From assembly GCA_000091205.1 (NCBI GenBank), contig AP006502.2: a stretch of DNA of 64,000 nucleotides; one strand, written 5' to 3'. The translations under genes were made by a program, and so were the position numbers. Position 1 is the first letter of the stretch. Each line of letters begins with the position of its first letter. This DNA comes from Cyanidioschyzon merolae. Its lineage: Eukaryota. Below the pieces are notes generated by a model. That model was not told where the DNA came from. It ran no database searches and was given only the letters and a program-made list of their open reading frames with translations. Shown one piece after another: positions 1 to 10,345 of this stretch.

Positions 1-1
1 T

Positions 2-1912
2 CCACAAGCACATGGACACGCGAACAAGTGGTCTTCTCTGGTGGCGCTGAGACATCTGACACTAAATGGTCAGCCAGGGAGCCCTCCGAATTCGATGACG
101 CTCCTCCAGGCGGACGCGATGCATCGTTCACTGCTCGACTCCGATGCATCTGAATCGGAGCCGGATTCAGCTGTTTGCTCTGGTCGAACGGGATCTACAC
201 AGTGTGCAGGGCTTTCTTCAGAGACGCCGCTCGCTTCGATACCGCTGAACGGTGCAGTGCGCTTTGGACCCGGTGAGGTCCTGATCCCCGTTCGCTGCGC
301 TTTTGCATCTGCGTCTGCTGCTGGTGAACCTGGAATGCAGCCTCTCCTTGCTGTTGCTCATGGCTATCCGCGTTTCCCGATGTTTCAGCATGCAGCTGGA
401 GCCTGTCCTGTGTCTTCGTCATCGTCGTCAGCGACGACGAGCATGTCACCGCGAGGCGCCATGAGTCCCCCGTCGGATCGGCGGGAGGCGTTCTGGCAAC
501 GTTCCGCACATCGCCGTGGCGCCTGGGCAGGTTCGTTGTCGTCCTTGTCGCCGGGTCCTGTCCTGAATCAGAGCTGGAGCTCCATCTATCGCAGCAACCA
601 GAGGTACGATGGAGGCCGTCTTGGCCTATCTTCGGCATCAAGCGCGACACCCCGGACGGCTTGTGCGACCGGCACGCAGCCGCTGCTGTCGCCGTCATCA
701 GCGCTACGGTCGCATCGCAGGCTGCATCGACGGCTTGACGAGCTGCTCGACGGCATCCTCAGGCACGATCGAGCGCTTGCAGAAGACGACTGGTGGCGTG
801 AGCTGTCGGGTCTGGTCGCCGATGGGCTCGTATCTGCTGCGAATATTTTCTATCGCCTGAGCGCACACCATGCGCTGCGTGAGCGAACGCAGCGCTCCGA
901 AACAGCGGCCTACGGAGCGCTGCATATCACCCTGCACCTGATCCTGAACGGTCCGCTGGAGGCACTCGCTGAGGCTGTTGCCAACGGTCAGGTGGATTTT
1001 TGGCAAGCGCTGCATGGGCACTGGCACGCGCAGTTGCCCGACCTCAAATCCCTGAGCGAAGCCGAAACCGCGCGACACTGGCGTATGATCTTCCTCGTTG
1101 AAGTCGTGGAGTATCTCACGCGCAAGTTGCGCTTTCACGAATCATACCCGCCATTCGAAGCCAACTACGCTCTCGGACGCTTTTTCCGACGCGTCGAACT
1201 GGAGTCTACGGATAGCTTCCGCGTCGTGGAGAACCAGGAGACCCAGCGACAGCTTTTTTCGCTCGACACTGTGACGGAAATGGTCTCGATTCTGCATTGT
1301 CTGCTGGATGCGGAACTCGGTCTCGCACGGAACGCTGGTCGATTCCTGGCATCGCGGTCCGAGACGGCATCATCCACGTCAGGCACCGTGACGGAAGCGG
1401 ATCCCGTGCTGCAGTTGTATCGGGAGCAGACGCATTTGGGTGGCCTTTTAGCGCTTCTAGCACAAGATGCTACAAATCTATATCAAATGGTCGTCTATAT
1501 GATGAGCCGCATGCATGCGCGCCTGGGCAAGCGCAGTGTGAGCACGCAGCGTTCGCACTGCGGCACGAGCGGGAACGCTACCACCGCGACACCAACAGCA
1601 ACCACAGCCTGCTCATCATTATCAGGTAGCGGATGCACTGCCTCCGAGGCTGCAGACCTGCGAGAACTGGCTGTGGTGCTGCAGGAAATGAGCGGGTACC
1701 TTCGCAAATTCTTTGAACGACTTTTGGAGGCGGATCTCATTGAGCAGGTCCCGTACATTCCACCACAGCTATTGATTCCCGCCCCCGATGCTTGTATGGT
1801 GCCATCTCGTTTCCCGTTTCTGGTGATTGCGCGCTTCACGAACTTTGCGGATTTGCATCGGGCGATTGCGTCTGGCGCGCGATCCGAGGCAGCCGCTCGA
1901 TCGAGGCCTTGA
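2..1912 (+). CDS. hypothetical low-complexity protein, 5' partial (frame open to window edge)
   Basis: 623-codon ORF. The track start at 41 is GTG and the frame stays open back to nt 2; the first in-frame ATG is near nt 95. The N-terminal third is S/A/R/P-rich. The central part looks globular (DELLDGILRHDRALAEDDWWRELSGLVADGL...RHWRMIFLVEVVEYLTRKLRF). No family recognised. Confidence 0.45.
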   Translation, partial: PQAHGHANKWSSLVALRHLTLNGQPGSPPNSMTLLQADAMHRSLLDSDASESEPDSAVCSGRTGSTQCAGLSSETPLASIPLNGAVRFGPGEVLIPVRCAFASASAAGEPGMQPLLAVAHGYPRFPMFQHAAGACPVSSSSSSATTSMSPRGAMSPPSDRREAFWQRSAHRRGAWAGSLSSLSPGPVLNQSWSSIYRSNQRYDGGRLGLSSASSATPRTACATGTQPLLSPSSALRSHRRLHRRLDELLDGILRHDRALAEDDWWRELSGLVADGLVSAANIFYRLSAHHALRERTQRSETAAYGALHITLHLILNGPLEALAEAVANGQVDFWQALHGHWHAQLPDLKSLSEAETARHWRMIFLVEVVEYLTRKLRFHESYPPFEANYALGRFFRRVELESTDSFRVVENQETQRQLFSLDTVTEMVSILHCLLDAELGLARNAGRFLASRSETASSTSGTVTEADPVLQLYREQTHLGGLLALLAQDATNLYQMVVYMMSRMHARLGKRSVSTQRSHCGTSGNATTATPTATTACSSLSGSGCTASEAADLRELAVVLQEMSGYLRKFFERLLEADLIEQVPYIPPQLLIPAPDACMVPSRFPFLVIARFTNFADLHRAIASGARSEAAARSRP

Positions 1913-3016
1913 CTCAAGATTGATGCGCGTTGCATCGATACTCGTCATCGATGACGTCCGCTGTTCGGACGCAGTACTGCGTAATCCCGGAGTGATGGTG
2001 TTCGCGCGAGCCGCTCGTATGTAATTGCGCGCATGGGATGCATCCGCGGGACGCACACCGTCATTCGGGGCACCCAGTCTGTGTCAAGCGCAGCCACAAA
2101 CCACGATCACTAAAGCTGTCGCTGGAGGCTCGCATGTCACCGAGTGTGATGCATCTCGTGTCCGTTCGTGTATCGTACTCTGCACGATGATCGCCGTGCC
2201 TCAGACCTGTGATCGGCGCGCAGCATCATCTCGATGCGAGCGGGGCGTCGACCTGTGCGCGCCCCCTGTGATCCGATTGCCCAGCTGTTCGGCGGAAGTG
2301 GAGGCGTCCTGCGCTGTGCGTTCAGCGACGCTCAGAGCGGCCGCACGCAGGAACTGACCGAGGATCTGATTCGGTGCTCAGTTGGATTCAGCGAGGCTCG
2401 ATCGACAGGCGATACAAAAGCGCTCATTTGGCTTCGCAGAATGTCTACGCATGTGTTTTGTCCTGGAGACATTGCACTGGTGTGGATATTCTGAGAAGCT
2501 TAGCCTGTCCAACGAGTCGCGCCACGACAGGTTCACTCGCTCTCTCTCTGTTTGCGTACTGCATGAAACGGTTCGATGATGCGGTGTGATGGGAACCTAA
2601 TTTGGATCGCGCACTGTGTGCGTGTATCACATGCAACGGTGCGATACGCCGCAGGGTTCTTGCGTGAAACTGTATAAAGCTCCTCTTCATATAAATATGT
2701 AACTGGTGGCGCTCGTTGTGCGTCGTTTTATTTCTCGGTAAAACGAGCGGACTCCGTGTCCATTGGAACATTGCTGCAGCATGTTCAGAGGCAGGTCCGC
2801 ATATCGACATTCTCCGAGGCCTGAGCTCCCAATCGCGTTCTTCAGCAAAGCCGCATGTAATCGAAGGAGCATCACCATGAGCGCCGTGCGATCACTGGTG
2901 CGCGCGGCCTTTTGTGCACGACGTTCAGGCGAGACGATGGTACGAGGCGCATATTTGGTGTCATCGTGCGGCGCAGCATGCGCTGTAGTCGGCGATGATG
3001 CAGTTTGCGTCAACAG

Positions 3017-3245
3017 GACGCAGTGCCGGATCTGCTGATGATTCTATACACCCACACGAAAATGTCTCATCCGTACATGGTGATGCAAGTTTTGCAAGAA
3101 GAGGCAGTGCCGGATCTGCTGGTGATTCGATACACCCCCACGAAAATGTCTCATCCGTACATGGTGAAGCAAGTTTTGCTAGAAGAGGCAGTGCCGGATC
3201 TGCTGGTGATTCTAGACACCCACACGAAAATGTCTCATTTGTCCA
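3017..3245. repeat. 84-bp tandem minisatellite, ~2.7 units
   Basis: The unit gcagtgccggatctgctgRtgattcNatacacccacacgaaaatgtctcatccgtacatggtgaWgcaagttttgcWagaagagg recurs at ~3020, 3104 and 3188 with a few substitutions. Two plus-strand frames read through (ORFs 2995..3291 and 3005..3283) and give repeating 28-aa peptides. Confidence 0.8.
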
Positions 3246-4707
3246 GAAGCGTCTTGTACGATGCCCGTCGCAGATTAGCGTAGGACACTAAAGTACTCGC
3301 TCTGGTCCTGCCTTGCGACTTTTCTCGAACATTTCTGTATACGCACCGCCTCGATATTCGTATTCTAAACATAGGGGCGTAGGGATTCATACATCGTTTT
3401 AGGATTCTCGGTCGTCTATTCGGGGTTACGCTTTCGACGTTCGGTCGCTGAAATGCGGTGCATTACCAGAATCAGCATAGTTCGCGAAGCGCTCCAGCAA
3501 GGTTTCCCAGAATCACCTCCATCATCAGCTATTGCATACGCGCAAGCTTCCACGCATCTCCTTTGCAAGCGTATCGCGTGCTCCAATCCTGCATTCTCCA
3601 ACGTTTCGATCTTTCTGCTTCAAGGTAATTCGTGGATGCAGCAGTTCACGTCAATAGATCGGCGAGGAAAACCACTGGACGTCGTCCCATGACGACTTGC
3701 TCGCTAGCTCATGCCAAACGTTCACTGGACTGCTCACGTCCATTCCTCGGCCCGTTCCAAAGACAAGTCCTGTTCTCATTGTGGAGAACGACGAGACGAG
3801 ATTCGACAATAGCAGCACACGGCTCATAGCGTACGCTCCCAGAAGCTCTCGTCTCTGCTGTTCACATCGCGAAGCGTCCTGGACTCGCACGTGAGTCGAG
3901 ACAGGGACCGCCTCTCACAGAGCAAGCGTCAACAATCTGCGTGAACGGAGCATAGGCGAAACGGAGTTTATCAACTTGGTCTCCAATCCGGAGTGTCTCT
4001 CCGACACCTGCTTCACCACGGACGTCGTGGCGTTCCACGTATCCCGCATCGAACGGAGCAACGTGCGCTTCCAAGCGCAGCGTACAGGGTACTCGCGCAT
4101 GGAATCGTTCAGAAGAACCCCGTCATCGCGTGGCACCGCACAGGGCGCAGGAACCGTGCAGACCGTTAGGCCAATGCTTCTATACCCGTCAAGGGCGTGT
4201 ACCGTGCTAAGAGGGCAGCGTGCACGCGCCACAGGGCCTGTCTCGAAGGCGCGTTGATTATCGACACCGAGAAATATCTGACTCTAGTGGCTGCATCACC
4301 GCTGCGAAGGACGCACCGAGGCCATATTCGCAAGCGTGACAATGGCACCCGCTGCGTAGATTGCAACTACGACCGCCTGCGCATGCCTTGCACGAACAAT
4401 AGCCGAAAGCAGCGAAATCCTGACTTTCATGCTGCCGCCGACACCCTTTGACTACGCACAACGCAGTGTGAGGAAAAGGAAAGATCGGCGTGTGTAAAAC
4501 CGGAGCTCGAAAGAGAGCAAAGAGAAGCGGGTGCTGGGGAAAGCGCGCAAAGACTGTTCTTGATGGCAGAGGCACGAGTTCCAGATTTCCACGTGAACTC
4601 CGAGTCAGCGATGAAGGACTCCTTTCCATTGTACGCTGAAATGGATCTGCTTCAATGACGACGCCGAGGCAGTCGCCACCGTCTCCAGTGAGACACGAGC
4701 ACGGAGC

Positions 4708-6195
4708 TCAGCGCGCATATAGGCGACAAAGGCCACTCCATAGGTACCATTCAGGCTCCTGGTCCAAAGAACGTAGAATTGGATGGTGCAAACTCAGTTG
4801 CAGCAAATGCCCGGTCCAACGATCGGCGATCATTTGCACGATCGCCGGCACTTGGTCGGTTATCTGAACGAGTCCCGAACCAGTCTCAGATAGCTCGAAT
4901 ATCACAAACACGATACACTGTTCACCGTAACAGGAGCGATTCGGGAAGCAGGACAGCCTGCGCGTTGGCGCCTTCAGGCTGAAGGGTGCATGCCGCACAT
5001 TCGAGCTCCGTTGTCGCTGCTCATACAGGCGATATGCAGCCAGAATCCACCAGTGCGATTCATCATCGATATGAACACTAACGAACCGGCGACTTGTCTG
5101 AAAGATTGCGGCCAAGGCGAAGGGTGGCGCTTTTGTGTGTCGTTCTGGGAGCCAGGCTGCTAGGGCGGCTGTCCCGATATCACGTTCCAGGTCCGCTGGC
5201 GTCAGTGAATCTATGAGATTGACCAGTAACCTGTCGTGGGCCTGCGCGTGCTGAACAGCAGCTGTCTGCAGTACCGATGCCTGCAGCGAGCGAATGGGCT
5301 CCTCGTCAAGCACCTGAGGTGCTACCGCGCGACACAACGCATAGATGAGTCGGTAGCGTCCGCTGCCGCCAGCCACGAGGTACAGGGGCTCGTAATCTGG
5401 GGTCTGCAGTCGTACACACGATTCCGCGTGTAGGACACGAACGAGCCCCAGCATGATCAAATACAGAGGTGCTCCGACGTTCATGGAAATGCGCGCCACC
5501 ATCATACCGTTTGCAACGACGTCCACCAGGAGACACGCGGAGACTCGTACTGGACGAGCTCGCTCTTCAACGAGCTTTATGAGACGTTGCATGGAATCCA
5601 TCAGACTGGAGCGCTGGCTCGGATACAACAAGGGACCACTGAGCGGAAGCAGGTCACGGATACAGACGAGCGGATGATGTAGCACCATTTCCAGTACACT
5701 GCCGATGCTATCGCTATCGATATAGGGATGCATGTCAAAGGCGGGCCGAACGTGCAGCGTCGCAAAGACGCTAGTGGGTAGCTGGCTCAGGAGGACTCGT
5801 CGTAACCAGGATTGTAAAGCAAGGCACAGACAACGATAGACAGAGGGTTCTCTCAACTGGCACTGGGGTGCTGAGGCTGGTCCCCCAGGGCTCCGGACCC
5901 CCGCGAGTAAAACGCAGTCGTCGATACTCAGATCCAAACACCAAACGCGTCGTTCACCTTCCACGAGATAGCGATTGCTCCTCTTTCCATAGCTCGGACG
6001 CAGCTTATGTTCGAGGCGAGCCACGAGAGCAGCGGCGCTCGCTCCCAGCGAAACGACAAGTCGACGTTGCTGCCAGTCCGGCCACTGGCGAGTGCTCCAG
6101 AAGAAGAACGGCTTCCCGGCTCGCGTACACGCCAGAACGAGGCACTCTACGGGTCTTTTGCCATAGCGCTTCGTTTCCAACGCTTCCGAGGTCAT
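4708..6195 (-). CDS. hypothetical protein (495 aa)
   Basis: Long ORF with an ATG start (cat at 6193-6195). The sequence is not obviously low-complexity and is too long to be a chance ORF at this GC content. No motif recognised. Confidence 0.45.
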   Translation of the reverse strand: MTSEALETKRYGKRPVECLVLACTRAGKPFFFWSTRQWPDWQQRRLVVSLGASAAALVARLEHKLRPSYGKRSNRYLVEGERRVWCLDLSIDDCVLLAGVRSPGGPASAPQCQLREPSVYRCLCLALQSWLRRVLLSQLPTSVFATLHVRPAFDMHPYIDSDSIGSVLEMVLHHPLVCIRDLLPLSGPLLYPSQRSSLMDSMQRLIKLVEERARPVRVSACLLVDVVANGMMVARISMNVGAPLYLIMLGLVRVLHAESCVRLQTPDYEPLYLVAGGSGRYRLIYALCRAVAPQVLDEEPIRSLQASVLQTAAVQHAQAHDRLLVNLIDSLTPADLERDIGTAALAAWLPERHTKAPPFALAAIFQTSRRFVSVHIDDESHWWILAAYRLYEQRQRSSNVRHAPFSLKAPTRRLSCFPNRSCYGEQCIVFVIFELSETGSGLVQITDQVPAIVQMIADRWTGHLLQLSLHHPILRSLDQEPEWYLWSGLCRLYAR

Positions 6196-6618
6196 AGTGG
6201 ACGGCAGACGTCAACGGAGGCTCTGCGCCAGCTGCGCAGAAGGCAACAGTAGTGTCGTTTAGGTACTGCGAAAGGTATCTCCAATGCAACGATCTGGTTC
6301 CACTGCGTCTGCGGATCATTCGTTTATTTGTATTGAACTCAACGCAATATGACTTGGACGTTCCGTTCCTTTATCGAGTCAACGATGCATCTAACCGCAT
6401 TCGTGAGCGACGTCTTGTCCAGCCTTGTCTGCAACGCAGTGCAGGGACCGGATAGCGCTCGCGCTCCGTTCACGTCACAGGCAACGTTAACAAAAGACAA
6501 GGACTCTTCAACGATTATACTTTTCGTCATCGCGCCGAGCTCATGATGAAAATGGTGAAACTGTCATCACTACGACGACGACGACCACGATAAGGATCAC
6601 AACTTGGTCCACCAGTCC

Positions 6619-8331
6619 TTAGACTGCAACGGGCTCCTCAGCTGGAGAGTCCGAGCCTGATTCCTTCTGGTCCACTTTCTGCGACTTTTGGTAGCTTCGG
6701 AGCGTTGCAAGATCCTCCTCAAGGCCAACATCATCCTCTGGATAAGCAGGGCCACCATGATGCGAGGTATCATTGCCCAGAATTTCCTCCTCCGGAGAGA
6801 CGCGCAGCAGGCCGAGGAACTTGAGGATCAGGAAGTATCCTCCGATGACAGTGCATACAAACGACCAAATGTAGAGAATCTCAGTCAGCTGAGCAGCGAG
6901 CTGCTTTCCGTAGCCATAGAATACACCACCTGAACCATTGGCTGGGGCATAAACCATAGCGACATAATCCGGTTTCGCGAAGAAGCCAGGAATGATGATT
7001 CCCCATGTGCCTCCAAATCCATGTACTGCAATCGCGCCCAGCGGGTCATCGATACGCAGCCTCTGTACGAGCTTATCTCCGAAAACCCAAATAAATCCGC
7101 CAATGATACCGCAGCACAGCGCGGAGTACGTCGGGATTGTCGAGCAGGGAGACGTTATGGCGACCGTGCCCAGGATAAAGCCATTCACCATAGATGCGCA
7201 GTCAAAACAGTGGTAAAAGAATCGCGTGATCATCAGCGTTGTGATACCAGCAGCTGCAGGTAACACGAGCGTGTTCACAGCAGCTAGGGCCACCTGACCT
7301 GCAGTCGAATACACGGTCGGTACGCCGTTCAGATTGAAGCCACCGCGCACTGCGCTACCAACCTTACCACCATCCGCGTATGATAACACACCCAGCTGCG
7401 AACCCGGATTGAAACCGAACCATCCGAACCACAGCAGGAGGCCACCGAGAACAATCAACGAGATATTATGCCCGGGAATGGGACGGATCTTCCCATTTTC
7501 ATCGAAACGGCCAATTCGGGGGCCGATGATCAAAGCGCCAACAAACGCTCCAGCACCGCCAGTGATATGCACTACGCCGCTGCCAGCAAAGTCAATGGAG
7601 CCCGCGGAACCGTAGATGCCAAAGCTGCCGGTGATATGACCGGTCGTTGGATCTGTGACTTTGTTGTAGAACACATTCAGCCATCCGTTGACGTCCCACA
7701 TGGCATGAGAGATCACTGGGTAGACAAAACCCATCATGAGTGAAACGAACCCGATGTAGGCGAACACGCGAACCCGCTCACAGATCGCTCCGGCAACAAT
7801 GGACGCGGCTGTCAGGCAGAAAGTGAACTGGAACCACCACAGGAAGAGAGTAGCTCCATTATTTGTACCAGATGGAACCGATAAGCCGGAGAGATACGTG
7901 AACGCATCTTTCGTCAGCGGCGACTGCATGTGTGCCAACGCAAAATGCTGAAAAGCAATAAAGCCATTCGACTTTGTCTTGTATATAGGACTGAGGGGTA
8001 ACTCCGTAACAAAATTGTCGTAGGTGAGCAGTGCCTGATTGATAGGGGCGAACGCAAAACCGAAACCAAGCACATAGTAGGCGACACCGCCGACGCACGC
8101 ATCACAGAGATTGAGAACGAGCGCATTCTTCGCGTTCTTGTTTCTTACGGAGCCCACTGTCAGCATAGCGAAACCAGCTTGCATACAAAACACAAGAGCT
8201 GCAGTCAGCAGGAGGAAAGCAGAGTTCACACCATCGACTATATTCGCCAACGCAAAGTACAAGCTCTGGTTTGCGGCGGATAGCTTAGGCGCGTCCGCGT
8301 TGAGCCCGAAGCGGTCAGCTAAGTAGTGCAT
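6619..8331 (-). CDS. ammonium transporter (Amt/MEP/Rh family)
   Basis: Contains Amt signatures: LLTAALVFCMQAGFAML, GGVAYYVLGFGFAFA, FQFTFCLTAASIVAGAICERV, DFAGSGVVHITGGAGAFVGALIIGPRIGRF and AIAVHGFGGTWGIIIPGFFA. Both pore histidines are present. The track ORF extends to 8784, but residues 1-151 look random and overlap the divergent gene at 8678, so the start was placed at the ATG at 8329-8331 (MHYLADRFG...). Confidence 0.9.
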   Translation of the reverse strand: MHYLADRFGLNADAPKLSAANQSLYFALANIVDGVNSAFLLLTAALVFCMQAGFAMLTVGSVRNKNAKNALVLNLCDACVGGVAYYVLGFGFAFAPINQALLTYDNFVTELPLSPIYKTKSNGFIAFQHFALAHMQSPLTKDAFTYLSGLSVPSGTNNGATLFLWWFQFTFCLTAASIVAGAICERVRVFAYIGFVSLMMGFVYPVISHAMWDVNGWLNVFYNKVTDPTTGHITGSFGIYGSAGSIDFAGSGVVHITGGAGAFVGALIIGPRIGRFDENGKIRPIPGHNISLIVLGGLLLWFGWFGFNPGSQLGVLSYADGGKVGSAVRGGFNLNGVPTVYSTAGQVALAAVNTLVLPAAAGITTLMITRFFYHCFDCASMVNGFILGTVAITSPCSTIPTYSALCCGIIGGFIWVFGDKLVQRLRIDDPLGAIAVHGFGGTWGIIIPGFFAKPDYVAMVYAPANGSGGVFYGYGKQLAAQLTEILYIWSFVCTVIGGYFLILKFLGLLRVSPEEEILGNDTSHHGGPAYPEDDVGLEEDLATLRSYQKSQKVDQKESGSDSPAEEPVAV

Positions 8332-8677
8332 GATGAGTACACACCTCTCGTTTCCGAACACAAGGTAAACGCCAGCGCAAGTTGAAACTGAGGTCCAGTT
8401 GCAGCCCGCAACTGGTTGTAAAACGATTGAGCCGAACAATGCTAAAGCGCAATACGTAACAGTGCTCCCGTCTACTTGCGATCGGATGCACGCGCATTGC
8501 TCGCGTACCCGCGACGCTGGAAAACGTTCAACGGCAACGCCCAGATCCAACGGGTGAAATGGGATGATACTGTATGAATATGCACTCAACGGACAAAATG
8601 TCCAAGACGACCGTCGGACCTCTTCTCCACCTTCCGATCCCGTTTTCGAGCCTGTGAAATTCTGAAGGTTATGCACC

Positions 8678-9493
8678 ATGGCAAATGAAAGAAAGCCTTT
8701 GCAACCGGTGCCCAGACCGAGCGTCAACGGAGCACCAGCGACGGCAACGTTCTTGGTGCTCGGGCTCATCGGAACGCTTTCCATCTATCTCCTGGGATTG
8801 CGCCACTGGGACACGGAAGTGTTCCTGCCGCCGGGTTTAAGTAGCGTCGTTCCAGCCGTGTTTCGGCTCTTCCTCTCTGTTTTTGCGTTTCGGTACCCGG
8901 GGGAGGCAATCTTTGCATGGCTCATGCTATACTATTTTCAGACGGTCGAGAAACAAATGGGTACACGCAAGTTTCTACCGTTCGCCGTGTTCGTAACGCT
9001 GGTCCAACAGGTGCTCCAGTACACCTATGGCCACTGGGTGCGCTCGTTGCCGTTGACCAAGTCGGGGCTGTATGGAGTGGCGTTTGCTGCGCTGGCTATA
9101 AAGGTACACTTGGAGCCGACGGTGAAACATCGATTGGTTGGTTGCACGTTGAGCCAGAAGCAAATGTCGTTGTTGATGGCTGCGTTTCTGGTGTTGAACG
9201 ACTTTCTATTTGATCTGCTCTTCAACCACAAACCCGATGTATATTTGTTCGGTCGAAGCAAGTTCAGTGTATCTGGCCTCATGGCGGCCGTTTTTGGGTA
9301 CACAGCAGGGTTGTTGTATTTGCTTCCGGCACTGGGCCCAGTAGAGCGCTGGCTGGTGCTTCCGTCGTCGCGGAATCCCTTGGTCGTCTGGCTGACGCTC
9401 ATAGCGCATCAGGAACTGGAGACTGTGCCTTATCATCTGCAGTCTGAACACATGCGGCTCCTTGAAGCGGCGTACAATCCAGTGAACTGGTGA
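8678..9493 (+). CDS. polytopic membrane protein, rhomboid-superfamily-like (Derlin/UBAC2/TMEM115-like), probably non-catalytic
   Basis: 271 aa with an ATG start and about 7 predicted TM helices. The stretch YPGEAIFAWLMLYYFQTVEKQMGTRKFLPFAVF resembles the Derlin loop region. The expected GxSG position reads GLYGVAFAAL, so there is no Ser, and no AHxxG histidine is seen. Family assignment is tentative. Confidence 0.4.
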   Translation: MANERKPLQPVPRPSVNGAPATATFLVLGLIGTLSIYLLGLRHWDTEVFLPPGLSSVVPAVFRLFLSVFAFRYPGEAIFAWLMLYYFQTVEKQMGTRKFLPFAVFVTLVQQVLQYTYGHWVRSLPLTKSGLYGVAFAALAIKVHLEPTVKHRLVGCTLSQKQMSLLMAAFLVLNDFLFDLLFNHKPDVYLFGRSKFSVSGLMAAVFGYTAGLLYLLPALGPVERWLVLPSSRNPLVVWLTLIAHQELETVPYHLQSEHMRLLEAAYNPVNW

Positions 9494-10057
9494 AAGGTTT
9501 GCAGCGGGATTCCCAGCTACCATCGGGGACGGCTCGCGCTGGAATCCGAGTCGGCGTTAGGCGTGCTCGCTGATCGAGACTTTTAGGCCCATTCTCGTGC
9601 TGTTTCATGATCATACAAGGCAACAGCGTCTGTGCGAGGAAGTTTTTCCGCAGTCTGGTGGGATGTGTCGCTACAGCGACGAAGAGTCAGTAGCCTGTCC
9701 AGTGCACATAAACGGATGCATTGTCTAATTCTGCGTACTTGGCCGGGTGTTTTTTTCATTTGTCTGGCACGGACTCCTGCAGCTACCATGATAAGAAGGC
9801 ATCCCCTGCGTCTGGGTAGAGCAGCGTACGTATAGAGGACTTTGACGGACCTGCACAATGACATCGCGGACGCACGCAGCACGTTAGCCGCGTGCATGGC
9901 GCGGCAGCGCAGCGTGAGCGCGTAGCGGATGCGTAGGTGCACCTGCGCGTAAACAATTATGGACATATTTGTTCTGAAAACTCTAAAGGCGCATCATCCC
10001 CTGGCAACGCCGGTGCACGCATTCATCCGTTCGATGCGAGATCGCATGGGCAGGGGA

Positions 10058-10104
<47 letters not shown>

Positions 10105-10125
10105 TTGCGTGCGTGCTTGCGTGCA
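10058..10125. repeat. (GCGT)n tetranucleotide microsatellite, ~17 units, alternating purine-pyrimidine
   Basis: gcgtgcgtgcgtgcgtgcgtgcgtgcgtgcgtgcgtgcttgcgtgcgtgcttgcgtgc read directly. It lies between two convergent 3' ends (9493 and 10346). Confidence 0.9.
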
Positions 10126-10345
10126 GCCTTGCATCTCCCCGTTTGTCATGAGGCCTTGCCAACGACGCTTCCGTGTGGTGCCGAGATCAAGCGTTGAGTG
10201 CTGATCAAACTACATGAATAGAGGGTGGAGAGCGCAGCATTGTGGTGCATGGCCTAATCGCAGGTCTGGGAAGCATAAAACCCTGGTTATGCGTTTCAGT
10301 GTTCTCGACTTGGCCTGAGCTGGCATAGCGGTGGTCGCTACCTAT

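Noticed and set aside
9959-10204. ORFs translating to (VRAC)n / (ACVR)n
   Set aside because: They simply read through the (GCGT)n microsatellite. No start context and no flanking coding signal.
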